Shown here in pieces: positions 31,293 to 42,338 of a stretch of 64,000 bases of DNA (within the stretch, counting starts at the first letter, position 1; every line of letters starts with the position of its first letter). Made by a program: the position numbers and the translations under genes. The notes below the pieces were generated by a model. The model did not search any database. It saw only the letters and a program-made list of their open reading frames with translations, and had not been told where the DNA came from. This DNA comes from an uncultured delta proteobacterium (GTDB taxonomy: Bacteria; Myxococcota; B64-G9). The stretch covers positions 160,001-224,000 of the forward strand of contig CAVWHX010000003.1 of assembly GCA_963754925.1 (NCBI GenBank). Reading direction: 5' to 3'.

Positions 31293-33155
31293 CTAGGACA
31301 TGAGGCGATCGACAGCCTGGTCGCGAGACTCTTCAAATTGCAGATTATACAGCCGGCGATAGACGCCGCCGCGGTCGAGCAATTCTTCATGGTTGCCGGA
31401 CTCAACGATGCGCCCCTCGTCCAGCACCAAAATACGATCCGAGCGACGAATGGTCGAGAGGCGGTGGGCGATGACCACAGTGGTGCGATCGCGCATCAAC
31501 ACCTCCAGGGCGTTCTGAACCTCGCGTTCGCTCTCGCTGTCGAGCGATGAGGTGGCCTCGTCCAAAATCAATATCGGCGCGTCGCGCATTAATGCCCGCG
31601 CGATCGCGATGCGCTGCCGTTGGCCGCCCGAGAGTTTGATGCCGCCCTCGCCGATGCGGGTCTCAAAACCCTGCGGCAGCGCCTCGATGAATTCCAATGC
31701 ATTGGCCCGCCGAGCTACATCAAGCAGGCGCTTCCTATCAACGCGCTTGAGTCCGTAGGCCAGGTTCCCCTCGACCGTATCATTGAACAACAGCACTTCC
31801 TGGGTCACCATCCCGAGCAGGCCACGTAGCGAAGGCAACCGCAGATCGCGGATATCGACACCATCAATAGTGATGCGCCCGCCGGTAACATCAAAAAATC
31901 GCGGGATCAGGTTCACCAGCGTCGACTTGCCCGCGCCGCTGGCGCCGACGATGGCCAGCACTTCCCCGCGTCGGGCGGCAAACGACACTCCCTTGAGCAC
32001 CTCGACTGAGCCATACGAGAATCGAACGTTCTCAAAAACAATTTCGCGATTGAAGGTTTCAATTGCGCGGGCACCTACGCGTTCGTTGATCTCATCGGGT
32101 TCATCCAGCACGGTAAACACTCGCTCCGCCGCAGCGACGCCGGCTGCGGCCAGGTCTCCGATGCGCCCCAGACTCTTGGTCGGGTTGTACAGCATGAGCA
32201 CCGCGGCAAAGAACGACACAAAATGCCCCGGGTCGAGAGAACCGGCGGTCACGCGACTGCCGGCGTACCAAATCGTGGCCGCGAGTCCAAACGCTCCAAG
32301 GAATTCCATCACCGGAGACTGCAGGGCGCGCACCATAAACGAGCGATGCATTATCCGAAAGTATTCCTGGTTTTCCCGATGGAAGCGCTCGCGCTCGTAC
32401 CGCTCGGCGTTGAAGACCTGGATGATGCGCATGCCACGGATAGTCTCGTGCAGGCGATCGGCGATGTTGCCCAGCGATGATTGGCTTTCGAGGCTTACCT
32501 GTTTAAGACGTTTGCCAAAGTGCACAATGGGGAAGATGGCCAGCGGCATGGCCACAAACGTGATAAGCGCCAGTTGCCAGTCGAGGATGAACGCCAGCAC
32601 CAGCAAAACCGCCACCTGCAGGCCGTCGCGCAGGTAGGTGGCTACCGTGTAGGTCACCGCCTGTTCGATGGCGTATACATCGTTGGTGAACCGGCTGAGG
32701 ATCTGACCCGTGGGAGTCCTCTGGAAGTAGGCTGGGCTCAAGCTGGTGAGGCGCGCGAACATGCGGTCGCGCAGGTCGGCCACCACGCGCTGCCCGACCA
32801 TGCCCATCAAGTAAAATTGACCGAAGTAGCTGATGCCCTTGACGAGTGCCACCCCGAGAATAACGAGCGGCAAGGCTGCGAGCAGGCTCTCCCGGTCAAG
32901 CGTGTCCACCTTAAGACCCGGCACCAGAGAAAGGATTTCAAAACCGCCATGCTGACCGCGGGTGATGAGAAACTTGAGCAGAGGCCCCACCATATACGCG
33001 TAAGCGCCGGTGGTCGCCGCCAACACTATCATGCATACCAACGCTGCAACGAGTTGTCCGAGGTAGGGCCGCACCGTGCCCAGTAACCGCCAATAGATGA
33101 CTACAAAGGAGCGCTGCTGCATGCCGCTTGTTTGCTCTGTGCCTGATTGAATCAC
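31293..33155 (-). CDS. msbA: Lipid A export ABC transporter MsbA-like
   Basis: ABC TM domain plus GASGAGKS, LSGGQRQR, LDEATSSLD. Confidence 0.8.
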   Translation of the reverse strand: MIQSGTEQTSGMQQRSFVVIYWRLLGTVRPYLGQLVAALVCMIVLAATTGAYAYMVGPLLKFLITRGQHGGFEILSLVPGLKVDTLDRESLLAALPLVILGVALVKGISYFGQFYLMGMVGQRVVADLRDRMFARLTSLSPAYFQRTPTGQILSRFTNDVYAIEQAVTYTVATYLRDGLQVAVLLVLAFILDWQLALITFVAMPLAIFPIVHFGKRLKQVSLESQSSLGNIADRLHETIRGMRIIQVFNAERYERERFHRENQEYFRIMHRSFMVRALQSPVMEFLGAFGLAATIWYAGSRVTAGSLDPGHFVSFFAAVLMLYNPTKSLGRIGDLAAAGVAAAERVFTVLDEPDEINERVGARAIETFNREIVFENVRFSYGSVEVLKGVSFAARRGEVLAIVGASGAGKSTLVNLIPRFFDVTGGRITIDGVDIRDLRLPSLRGLLGMVTQEVLLFNDTVEGNLAYGLKRVDRKRLLDVARRANALEFIEALPQGFETRIGEGGIKLSGGQRQRIAIARALMRDAPILILDEATSSLDSESEREVQNALEVLMRDRTTVVIAHRLSTIRRSDRILVLDEGRIVESGNHEELLDRGGVYRRLYNLQFEESRDQAVDRLMS

Positions 33156-33228
33156 TCCTGACCTCGCACCGTTACAACGGAAATGAGACCCTTGACGCAG
33201 TCCGGCGGATTATCTATCATAAAACCGT

Positions 33229-34011
33229 ATGAAAATGAACTATTGTAAATTAATTGATGCACCGTGCCTCGTTTGGTTGCTTGCGCTGATAGTATCGTTG
33301 CTGTTGGCTGGGTGTCCCGAGCGAGGATCGTCATCCAAGTCCGCCGACAAAAGCGGTGTAACGACCGAAGAGTTTGCAACGCTGAAAATAACCGATGAAG
33401 CCGACAATTTTCTATTCAGCTACCTGCTGGCGGATGGTTCGTTTGCGACCGTCGAGAAGATAAGCGACATCCCCGTCGAGGCTCGCGGGCAGGTGATGGT
33501 GATCGACAAAACCCTAAGTCCCGAAAAGCGCCAATCCGACAAAATCCTGTACGTTGCCAATCTCACCAGTACGCGCGCCGATGGAACCTATCCCTACGGC
33601 ATTGTGAGCCGCTTCAAGTTTGAACGCGACCTCCTCCGTGAACCGTCAAAGAAGTCGGCCGTGCTGCCCGACGAATGTAAGAACCTGGCACCTTCCCCGG
33701 AAGATCGCGTGGTACTGTACTCAGCCTCGTGGTGCAGCGTGTGCAAGGCCGCGGCCGCCTTCATGACCCGCGAGGGCATTCCCTTCATCGAGAAAGACAT
33801 CGAACAGCAGCCCGGCGCGCAGCAAGAACTTACCTGCAAGGCCATGAAGACGGGCACGAGCATCAACGGGGTTCCCGTCCTCGATATCGCCGGAAAACTA
33901 TTGGTGGGTTTCGATCGCGATCAACTGGTCACTCAAGCTCAGAAGCTCAAACGGCCGGCCGCAACCAGCCCCGCAGGTGCCCCGGGAGCCGGCGCCACGC
34001 AGACTTTGTAA
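33229..34011 (+). CDS. Lipoprotein with C-terminal glutaredoxin-like domain
   Basis: Lipobox LAG-C, YSASWCSVC, GVPVLDI..GF. Confidence 0.8.
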   Translation: MKMNYCKLIDAPCLVWLLALIVSLLLAGCPERGSSSKSADKSGVTTEEFATLKITDEADNFLFSYLLADGSFATVEKISDIPVEARGQVMVIDKTLSPEKRQSDKILYVANLTSTRADGTYPYGIVSRFKFERDLLREPSKKSAVLPDECKNLAPSPEDRVVLYSASWCSVCKAAAAFMTREGIPFIEKDIEQQPGAQQELTCKAMKTGTSINGVPVLDIAGKLLVGFDRDQLVTQAQKLKRPAATSPAGAPGAGATQTL

Positions 34012-34041
34012 GCCTTGTGGTTGAGTTGTATCTCCGTGCCG

Positions 34042-36954
34042 TTACTTCAGATCAATCGTCACCGCCGATTTAGTTGATGCCGCTGCATCCGGATCGGCGG
34101 TAATGAAAACGCGTTCCGACGAAACCGTACCATCGGCGGTCAGCGCCGACTGCACCCACAACGCGCGTTCGCGACGCAGCGCCTCAAGCTCCTCATCGTT
34201 CGCGGCGTGCGTCGTGAGCACCGACTGCTCAATCTGCGCGAACGGCACGTCAGCTGTGGACGCAGCGTTGGTTCCTTGGCTGGCCAGCCAGGTTTTTCGC
34301 ACCCATGCCTCCCAGGTTGCGTCATCGACCTGCAGAGAGGCCCCGGGCGGCGCTCCCGCTTGAGGAGTTTGGTCGCGGCCAAGCTGCATTTTCAGCGTAG
34401 CGCGGGTTAACGCGAGCTTGTCGGCATTCGGATCGACGCCCGGCGTCAGCTCCACCCGCAGCGCCGGACGCTCGTAGAGCACCTTGCGGAGATTGTCCAT
34501 CTTCGCCTGCTCCGTGGGTGGCGGCGCGGCCTCACCGGGTACGAAGACCACGGACTTGAGCGTCTGCGGATCGCCCGAGACAAGCCCGGCCAGCAGGGAA
34601 AACGGCGCGGTGGCGACCTTGACCAGGATGTTTTTCAGCGCCGTTATCACGACGCTGAACCACCCGAAATCCGGGTCGGCCAGGTCGCCGGACACCGGCA
34701 CGTCGAGATCGATGAGCCCCGAGCGGTCGGAAAGAATGGAGACCGCCAGTCCGAGCGGCAGTTTGGTGGTGTCCGGACCCGGATTGGCCACGCGGTCGCC
34801 AAACTCAAGCTGATCGGCACGCAAGCGGTTCTGCCCTTCGAGCTGCCGATTCTCCACCCGCCACTTCACCTCGAGGGACAGTTTCCCCTTCTGAATGGGC
34901 TGCGCGACGTATTTGATGGCATACGACGAAGCGAGCGGCAGATTGTAACCGCCGAGCGTCAGCTTGAGATCAGCGTGGCTGTCTTTTCCCGCTGGCTTCA
35001 ACGTTCCGTTGAGCGAAAGCGGCGCACCATCGACGAGCGCGGTGAGGTCGATACGTATGGTCGATAGCTTCGGCGTCGTGATGTTTTGCACCCGGCCTGA
35101 CAACCGTTGGAGCGACAGCGCGCTGTGCGGCTTGACGCTGCGATCGAGTAGATCCGCGCGCAGCGTGTCGAAGCGCAGGGTGCCGATCTTGAGCGAAAAT
35201 GGCGCACCCGGCTGCGCTGGCTTCGACTCGGGCGCTGCCGCCGACTGTTCGGGTTGTTGCGCCTGCGCTCCGGCAGGCTGCTCGGGCGGCGGCTTTACGA
35301 GCCGCGAAAAATTCATTTGGCCCTTCGCGTCTCGTTCGATGCGCGCGCGCGCCTTCGCCAACGCAAGGGTGGCCAACTCCAGAGAACCTGCTGCCGATTG
35401 ATAGTGTATCCCCTCGAGGGCCAATCTATCGAACGTTAGCATCGGCGCTCCGGCATTATCGTTCAGCTCAAGACCCGACAGTGCGCCGTCGGCCGCGACC
35501 GACAGGTTCGAACCGGCGAGCGTAACGGTTCCCGCAACATCCAACCCTCCCGCGGCGAGCGACGCATCGAGCGCCTCGGCGGCATAGGGCCAGAAGGAAG
35601 GCAACGACAGCGCCTTCAGGGCGAAGGTGAGCGTCGCCGTGAGTGGTTGCAGAGTTATCGGCCCGGATACCGTCAGCTGTCCCCCGGCGACTGCCGTCGA
35701 AAGCTGCACCGTAAACGGTTTACCAAACGGCAGCTCGAAGTCACGTGCCTCGAAGGTCAGATTTTGAAATGGTACCGTGAGTGGCGTATGCAACGCCCGG
35801 TCCTCCCAGAACACCGAGAAACGTTCGATCGCGAAGCGCGGGAGCGAGACGCTCCATGCCGATCGACGCGCTTCAGGCGCTGGCGCCGCCGTGGGCGGCG
35901 GGGACGGTGACGGCTCCGGTATTCCCCCGGCGGGCGTCCGGGTAGAACTTAGTTCGGCCAGCTCGATGGCGCCGTTTGCCAGGCGGCGAACGGTTGCCGA
36001 ACCACCGGCCAAGGTTATCGCGTCCAGGGCTACCGTATGGTTACTCAGGTCGATTCGGTTGGAGCGCGCCTCGAACATGTCGAGCGCGAAGAGCGGTTCG
36101 TCGTCCTGCGGCTTCGATAGGGCGAGACCGCCGATGGTAAGGGTGGTCTGCTCTAAAACGAAATCTAAACCGTTTGGCGTCGCGTCGAGCGCGTAGCGCG
36201 ATCTGATGGAGGCTCTGCCGCCTCCAACATGGAAGTGTGTGAGGCTCTCGATGTACGAGTTGAAACTGGCTAGATCGAGGCCCTGGATGAAGAGCTCGCC
36301 TCTAGAGTGCAGCGGGGTCGCCACAAAATCGCCGTTCCACCCGAGGCTGGTGGGGCCGAGGCGGGCGTTGAAAGTGTAGGGGCTGCTGCCTTCTTGTCTG
36401 GTCTCGGTGGTGAAGTCGGTAACGTTGAGGGTAAGCGGTTTCACCTCAGCGCGAAAGGGCGTGGGCCGCGAAAGATCGGCAAAGCGCACGGCGCCGTCGA
36501 TAAGCCCGAACTGAGCGACGCGAACAATGCGCGGTGCCTTTTTCTCGTCGGGCGGCGTTGCCGTTCTCGCGCCATCCGACTCAAGCAAATCAGCAAAACT
36601 CAGCCGTCCGTCTTTGAGAATTGCGATGCCGATGATCGGCCGGGTCAAGCGAATCTCATTGAAGCCGATGATACCGCGGATGAAATCAGTAGCTGCGATG
36701 TTGACGTAAAGGTCACCGAACGCAACGAAGGGGCTTCCGTCTTTCTCCGTTGCCGAAAAGTGGCGGACCTGGACCGACAGTACCAGCGGGTTTATGGCGA
36801 TTGACTCAATCGATACGCTGCGTTTGAGGATTTGCGGCAGCCGCTTTTCAAGCTGCGCGCGTGCAAGGGGGCCAGCCGCGAAAAAACCGAAGAGGATATA
36901 CAGAACGACCAGCGCCACAGGAACCCAGACCCGTTTCTTTCGCAGCCATCGCAT
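34042..36954 (-). CDS. DUF748-domain (AsmA-like) envelope protein
   Basis: N-terminal anchor, INPLVLS, repeated beta segments, LPLGLAVSILSD..G.IDLDVPVSGDLADP, TAPFSLL. Confidence 0.8.
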   Translation of the reverse strand: MRWLRKKRVWVPVALVVLYILFGFFAAGPLARAQLEKRLPQILKRSVSIESIAINPLVLSVQVRHFSATEKDGSPFVAFGDLYVNIAATDFIRGIIGFNEIRLTRPIIGIAILKDGRLSFADLLESDGARTATPPDEKKAPRIVRVAQFGLIDGAVRFADLSRPTPFRAEVKPLTLNVTDFTTETRQEGSSPYTFNARLGPTSLGWNGDFVATPLHSRGELFIQGLDLASFNSYIESLTHFHVGGGRASIRSRYALDATPNGLDFVLEQTTLTIGGLALSKPQDDEPLFALDMFEARSNRIDLSNHTVALDAITLAGGSATVRRLANGAIELAELSSTRTPAGGIPEPSPSPPPTAAPAPEARRSAWSVSLPRFAIERFSVFWEDRALHTPLTVPFQNLTFEARDFELPFGKPFTVQLSTAVAGGQLTVSGPITLQPLTATLTFALKALSLPSFWPYAAEALDASLAAGGLDVAGTVTLAGSNLSVAADGALSGLELNDNAGAPMLTFDRLALEGIHYQSAAGSLELATLALAKARARIERDAKGQMNFSRLVKPPPEQPAGAQAQQPEQSAAAPESKPAQPGAPFSLKIGTLRFDTLRADLLDRSVKPHSALSLQRLSGRVQNITTPKLSTIRIDLTALVDGAPLSLNGTLKPAGKDSHADLKLTLGGYNLPLASSYAIKYVAQPIQKGKLSLEVKWRVENRQLEGQNRLRADQLEFGDRVANPGPDTTKLPLGLAVSILSDRSGLIDLDVPVSGDLADPDFGWFSVVITALKNILVKVATAPFSLLAGLVSGDPQTLKSVVFVPGEAAPPPTEQAKMDNLRKVLYERPALRVELTPGVDPNADKLALTRATLKMQLGRDQTPQAGAPPGASLQVDDATWEAWVRKTWLASQGTNAASTADVPFAQIEQSVLTTHAANDEELEALRRERALWVQSALTADGTVSSERVFITADPDAAASTKSAVTIDLK

Positions 36955-37109
36955 GATGGCGGCATCATAATCGAGCCCACACCATCTAAGCAATGATATA
37001 TTCCTGTATTGGTTTTATGGAATCTGATGTTGATGATGAACGATACCGTTAGGCGGCAGCGGCAGTTCCGGAAGATACCTACCGCGCCCTGAATAGTCTA
37101 CCAACGTTT

Positions 37110-37669
37110 CTATTTCGTCCACGTAAGCATATATTCGCAATGATCTTTGCCGTCGCTGATGGAAATCTGGGGTTGAAACTTATAATCTTTAGCTCCCATC
37201 AACTTTACAACTGTTAGCCAAAAGCCTCTCACCAGTATCTCAAATATTTTATGTTGTTTTTCAAAACCGGTATAGGTTAGCAGAACTTTTCCCTTCTCAA
37301 TTTTTGAGGCTTTTACGGTGAGACCCTGAAAAATTTGGGAATTTATCCCGCCTAGGCGTTCGAGAACCCTTTCCGGTGAACCCAGGTAAAGAAAAACCCT
37401 ATATATTCCTTTAAACACCTTCTCCGTCGCTTCTAAATTCTGTCGAACGGGCACCGATTCATCGCCGTTGTATAATAATTTTACCTCCAGTTCGAGCCAA
37501 TGCACATACGCATCGAGCGGGTAAAACTCGGAAGAAAGAATCACTCCGCTGAATACTTTTCGATCCTGTTCGCTCAACGCGTTAAGTATTTTCTCAGCGC
37601 TCCATTGCCGTATTTTTCCAAGATAAAATTCTTGGATGTTAATAAAGGCAATCCTTTTATTTTTACCAT
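37110..37669 (-). CDS. Hypothetical protein, TIGR02265/DUF2378-like (paralog 2; frameshift near 37595)
   Basis: AAGGAG RBS then MVKIKGLPLL...EKYG in one frame, continuing ..EKILNALSE..SEFYP..GSPE..LTWTK in another. Confidence 0.6.
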
Positions 37670-37996
37670 ACATTCTCCTTTGGCAACCCCGCATAACGGA
37701 AAGTTCTTGCCTCTGTTGTCCTGAAGGATTATGCGGGTACTTTTATTTATATTTTAGCTATTAAGCTCATATTTTGTCAAAGAATTTAACTGACAACGGG
37801 CTTCAAGAATCTAGATTGGTGCTTAAGATTGACAAAAAAGTCAGTTTCGAGATATTGATTCAGCTATCAACTTCAGAAATGAACAATATTTTCAAAGTCC
37901 CTAAGGAGGAGGATATGAGGAAACTCGTGTGAATGGGTTTGGTATTTGCGGCGGCCTGGCACCAAAACCTCCCCCACCCCTCCTCCCGCAACGGGA

Positions 37997-39070
37997 TCAC
38001 ACGGGAAGTGGTCTGATTACCGTATTTATTTTTGCGCCTTGGACGAGCTCTAAAAATTCATCACCGAGGATGGTGCCGGCTGCAATGACCTTTCGCCAAA
38101 ATGCGATACGCTCGTTGTCGCGGAAACGAAACGCTTTGAAATCGGTCCGGCTCGTGATTCTGCCGTAGGGCAGTTTTTCGACAAACGTTGGCGATGGGCA
38201 CAACAAAACAACATTTTCCATGTTGGTCGGTTTTGGTCTTCGCCAAGCCAAGGGTTTGTCAAACCATCCGGGAATAATCCGATGTATATAATGCGGGAAC
38301 AGCACAATTCCTTCGCCGCCAAAAGGGATGTCCAGGTGGTAATCAATAAGGCCGCCGTCGCGGTACATCCCCGGTGAAGCTCCCGGAAGGTTTGGCTCGC
38401 CCGCCATGACCAAGGGGACCGATCCGGACGCCAAAAGCGCCGATCTGATGTTATCCGCTGAAAGCGGCACGCGCTGGATGGGAAAAGCGTCCATGCCTAA
38501 AAAAGGAGGCCTATCGCGCGAATCGTACACCAAGGTTCTTGAGAAGAAGAATCGAAGCGATTTTCGACTGACGCTATTCGCTAAGGCCGTCAGTACGAGG
38601 CCGGGGCCAAGAAGGGAGGGAGTATCGCTTGACACCATCCAACGACAGCGGACGGTAAGCATGCTGAGTCTAAAAAATGGATGCGAAAGAACGTTTTTTA
38701 CCCCCGCGTCATCCAGAAAGGCGTCTACGATCTTCCGAGACTGCTCTGTTACTTCACGGGGAGGCGGGCGAATTGAATAGAGCTGCTCCAAGTAGGCCTG
38801 TTCGAAGCGGTCGTAAGCCGTTGCGGCGCCGGGACCCTGGGCGACGGCGGCAAAACGCCAGCTGCCAATCGATGAACCAAGCAAGTGTACGGGGGTTTTC
38901 GCGGATGTCAGCCATGAAAAGAATATGGCCCGATCGAGACCGTCCAGCACCAGCCATTTGGGCCCGCCGGCAGCTCCGGCGATGACCTCCACCATCTCCG
39001 GCCGCAGACCTTGTTCTTGTATGCGGGCGTATGCTTTTTTGCCCGCAAAAATGAGAAGGTTGGCCACCAT
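37997..39070 (-). CDS. Patatin-like phospholipase family protein
   Basis: GAAGGPKW, GSSIG nucleophile motif, DGG. Confidence 0.8.
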   Translation of the reverse strand: MVANLLIFAGKKAYARIQEQGLRPEMVEVIAGAAGGPKWLVLDGLDRAIFFSWLTSAKTPVHLLGSSIGSWRFAAVAQGPGAATAYDRFEQAYLEQLYSIRPPPREVTEQSRKIVDAFLDDAGVKNVLSHPFFRLSMLTVRCRWMVSSDTPSLLGPGLVLTALANSVSRKSLRFFFSRTLVYDSRDRPPFLGMDAFPIQRVPLSADNIRSALLASGSVPLVMAGEPNLPGASPGMYRDGGLIDYHLDIPFGGEGIVLFPHYIHRIIPGWFDKPLAWRRPKPTNMENVVLLCPSPTFVEKLPYGRITSRTDFKAFRFRDNERIAFWRKVIAAGTILGDEFLELVQGAKINTVIRPLPV

Positions 39071-39356
39071 GAGGTAACTTCATACACTAGGTTTTGGGAG
39101 TTTTTCAAGTTTGGGATAACATTCAATTTGAACGGTTTATTATGCATTAAGCACGTCAATTCTGGGCAGCGTAATACTCCGATCACCGATCGATGGTTGC
39201 CGACGCAAACGTAACTCAGTGTATCAGCATGATACTATTGAAGTTATTATCTTCTTCCATTGACAACTAATCGAGCACGGGAATTGCAGTATTTTCAATG
39301 ATGGTCGAGCGCCCCTCTTTAGAGCTGGTGCGTTATTTATCACGGGAGATCTCGTT

Positions 39357-40745
39357 ATGTTAACTAAAACCGTCTTTGATACATTCGGCAGGGATCTGCA
39401 TGGTAGCCTTATTCTCAATGATGATAAACGCTATGATGAGGCTCGAAGGGTATGGAATGGTTTGATAGACAAGTGCCCGGCATCGATTGTGCAATGCGCC
39501 GATCAAGCCGATGTGGTCCATGCGGTCAATTTCGCGCGCAATAACAATTTGCTCGTCGCGGTGCGCGGCGGCGGCCATAACGTCGCCGGATTCGGCACCT
39601 GTGACGGCTGCATGGTGATTGACCTTTCGCCCATGAAACGCATGGAGGTGCACGCAAGCGAACACACGGCGCGGGCTCAAGCCGGTCTTACCTGGGGCGA
39701 ATTCGATAAGAGCACGCAAGCGCATGGGTTGGCCACGACCGGCGGTTTGGTGTCGACCACCGGAATCGCGGGGTTTACCCTCGGCGGCGGCATCGGTTGG
39801 TTGATGCGGAAGCACGGCCTGACCATTGACAATCTTTTGGCGGCTGAACTGATTACGGCCGATGGACGGCGCGTGATCGCGAGCGCTCAGGAAAATCCCG
39901 ATTTGTTCTGGGGGGTGCGCGGCGGAGGGGGAAACTTTGGCATCGTCACGACGTTTACCTACCGTCTGCATCCGGTGGGGCCGAATGTGTATGGGGGCGC
40001 CATCTTCCATCAAGCGGCCAACGCCCTGCAACTGTTACGCTTCTATCGTGAATGGGTTCGGACGCTGCCGGATGAAGCCACGACCATGGTCGCTTTTATC
40101 ACTGCTCCGCCGGAACCGTTTATTCCGCAACCTATGCAGGGAACATCCGTGATCGCCATCGGACTATGCTTGGTCGGCTCGCGAAAGCAAGGCGAAGCGT
40201 TGGTCAAACCGCTGCGCGACGTTGCGGCGCCCGTGACCGATCTTCTCGGCCCGCTTCCCTACACTAACCTTCAAGGAATGTTCGATGCGGGTGCGCCGAA
40301 AGGCATCTTATCATACTGGAAAACGGAGTACCTTCAAGACTTGGATGACCGAACCCTCGAAATTTTGCTCGAGCAGGTCGGTAAGATGGGCGCTCCGTTC
40401 GCGCAAGTGCATATCCACCACATCGAGGGCGCGGTTCGCCGGGTAAGCGCCGATGCCACCGCCTTTGGTCACCGCGATGCTCCCTTCGTTCTGAATATCG
40501 TCGGTCTGTGGACCGATCCCAAAGAAACCGACCGGCATATCGCGTGGGCGCGCGAGTTTTCAAAGGCCATACAACCGGTTTCGACCGGTCACGCGTTCAT
40601 CAATTTCCTCGGCGGCGACGAAGGCGAAGGCCGCATCCAGGCCGCCTACGGCGAGGAAAAATTCGCGCGGCTCGTGAAATTAAAGAATACGTATGATCCC
40701 GGCAACCTATTTCGAATCAACCAGAACATACAACCTTCGATATGA
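39357..40745 (+). CDS. FAD-binding oxidoreductase (VAO/BBE family)
   Basis: RGGGHN, GFTLGGGIG, DLFWGVRGGGGNFGIVT, YDPGNLFR. Confidence 0.93.
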   Translation: MLTKTVFDTFGRDLHGSLILNDDKRYDEARRVWNGLIDKCPASIVQCADQADVVHAVNFARNNNLLVAVRGGGHNVAGFGTCDGCMVIDLSPMKRMEVHASEHTARAQAGLTWGEFDKSTQAHGLATTGGLVSTTGIAGFTLGGGIGWLMRKHGLTIDNLLAAELITADGRRVIASAQENPDLFWGVRGGGGNFGIVTTFTYRLHPVGPNVYGGAIFHQAANALQLLRFYREWVRTLPDEATTMVAFITAPPEPFIPQPMQGTSVIAIGLCLVGSRKQGEALVKPLRDVAAPVTDLLGPLPYTNLQGMFDAGAPKGILSYWKTEYLQDLDDRTLEILLEQVGKMGAPFAQVHIHHIEGAVRRVSADATAFGHRDAPFVLNIVGLWTDPKETDRHIAWAREFSKAIQPVSTGHAFINFLGGDEGEGRIQAAYGEEKFARLVKLKNTYDPGNLFRINQNIQPSI

Positions 40746-40826
40746 TTGAGCCGCCGTGCCGCCCACTGCTAACCGTTCTACCAAGGGGTGAAAAGCTGTC
40801 GGCGTTCTCGTGGGAGGGATGGGAAC

Positions 40827-41243
40827 ATGAAATATTGGATAAATACCGTTTCAAAAGAACATGTCCTGTATGGCAAAAAGCATGGGTTTGTTCAGGCGAA
40901 CCACGGGAAAGAGTCGCCGTTGAAGCGATTGAAACCGGGAGATAAAATGCTGTTCTACTCTCCAAAAACGTCACTCGACAATGGGGAGCCGCTCAAATCG
41001 TTTACCGCGGTCGCCACGATAAAAGATGATGACGTCTATCAGGCGGAAATGAGCGACGACTTTCACCCCTTCAGAAAAAATGCGGAATATGAGGATGGTG
41101 ATGAAGTAAGCATTGAGCCGCTCATCGAGCACCTGAATTTCATTCGCAACAAGAGATCATGGGGCTATATGTTTCGATTCGGTCTGTTTGAAATAAATGA
41201 GCACGACTTCGAGTTGATTTACTCGAAAATGAAAAACCGTTAG
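40827..41243 (+). CDS. EVE-domain protein
   Basis: MKYWINTVSKEHV..G...GFVQANHGK..PLKR, YSPK, FRFGLFEI. Confidence 0.85.
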   Translation: MKYWINTVSKEHVLYGKKHGFVQANHGKESPLKRLKPGDKMLFYSPKTSLDNGEPLKSFTAVATIKDDDVYQAEMSDDFHPFRKNAEYEDGDEVSIEPLIEHLNFIRNKRSWGYMFRFGLFEINEHDFELIYSKMKNR

Positions 41244-41377
41244 AAAGCTGCTTCGCCTTCCCGTCAATGATTACCCGTTCCCGTCGCGTTCCCTCGGCGG
41301 CACGGGACAACCTTCTCCCTGCCCCTTGTACGACTGATGCAATAAATGATTGAAAGGTACGTTATTAATCTATAGAG

Positions 41378-41932
41378 ATGGATAACGCGATAAGAATTAT
41401 AACGATGGATGAGACGAAAAATAGACTAGCTCTTCTGTTTCGTGCGGAGAAAGAACGCTTTGTGAGCTTTGTCAGGCGAAGGCTCGGCGATCGTTCCCGC
41501 ACGGACGCCGAGGATATCGTCTCCGACGTCGTCTATCGGGTGCTGCGGCGCATCGATATCGTTGGTGAAATAGAAAATCTCACCGCGTACCTGTATCGCT
41601 CGTTGGAAAACCGCATCGTAGACAAGCGGCGCGGGGCGAGTCCGCGTATGAGTCTTGATGAGGAAGAGTTTCAATTTCAGAGGAGACCAGAGCGGGAGCG
41701 CGGCCCGGACCAGGGCCTCGAACGGCTCGATCTGCGCGAACGGCTGGCGCAGGCGATCGGCAGGCTCAGCCCGCAGGAGCGTGCCGTCTTTCTCGCGACC
41801 GAGGTGGACGACCGCAGCTTTCGGGATCTGGCCGAGGAATGGGGCGAGCCGATAGGGACTCTGCTTTCCCGAAAAAACCGGGCCGTCGCGCGATTAAAGA
41901 AGATGCTCGCGGAATACCAGGACCCAAACTAA
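41378..41932 (+). CDS. ECF RNA polymerase sigma factor
   Basis: DAEDIVSD region 2; region 4 LSPQERAVF...PIGTLLSRK. Confidence 0.9.
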   Translation: MDNAIRIITMDETKNRLALLFRAEKERFVSFVRRRLGDRSRTDAEDIVSDVVYRVLRRIDIVGEIENLTAYLYRSLENRIVDKRRGASPRMSLDEEEFQFQRRPERERGPDQGLERLDLRERLAQAIGRLSPQERAVFLATEVDDRSFRDLAEEWGEPIGTLLSRKNRAVARLKKMLAEYQDPN

Positions 41933-41944
41933 AAGGAGCGTACC

Positions 41945-42310
41945 ATGATGCACTGTTTTTTTAATAAAGAGAATTCCAAGCGCGGAAGAGGTTATCGCAT
42001 CTTCATGCATGTCCTTTTCGGTTTGCTTATTGGAGCCACGGTTGTGTTCGGATTCGGTTACCTCATCATGTTGCTCTGGAATGCCGTGGCGGTCGAACTG
42101 CTGGGCGTCCATGCCATCAGCTTCTGGCAGAGCTTAGGGCTTTTGGTGTTGGCCAGGGTACTCGTCGGGGGCTTCGGGCACGGGCATAAGCGGCATGCCC
42201 GCGGTTGCTCCGGGCGCTCACGGCGCGACTATGAAGAGTGGTGGAAGGAAGTCGGCGAGAAATCGTTTCAGACGTATTCCGAACACAGCGAGCCGAAACA
42301 ACAGCAATAG
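41945..42310 (+). CDS. Small membrane protein co-transcribed with the ECF sigma factor
   Basis: AAGGAG RBS, two TM segments, MLLWN..ISFWQSLGLLVL. Confidence 0.65.
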   Translation: MMHCFFNKENSKRGRGYRIFMHVLFGLLIGATVVFGFGYLIMLLWNAVAVELLGVHAISFWQSLGLLVLARVLVGGFGHGHKRHARGCSGRSRRDYEEWWKEVGEKSFQTYSEHSEPKQQQ

Positions 42311-42338
42311 CCGTTTCAATTCTTTAAAATCCCTCGTC

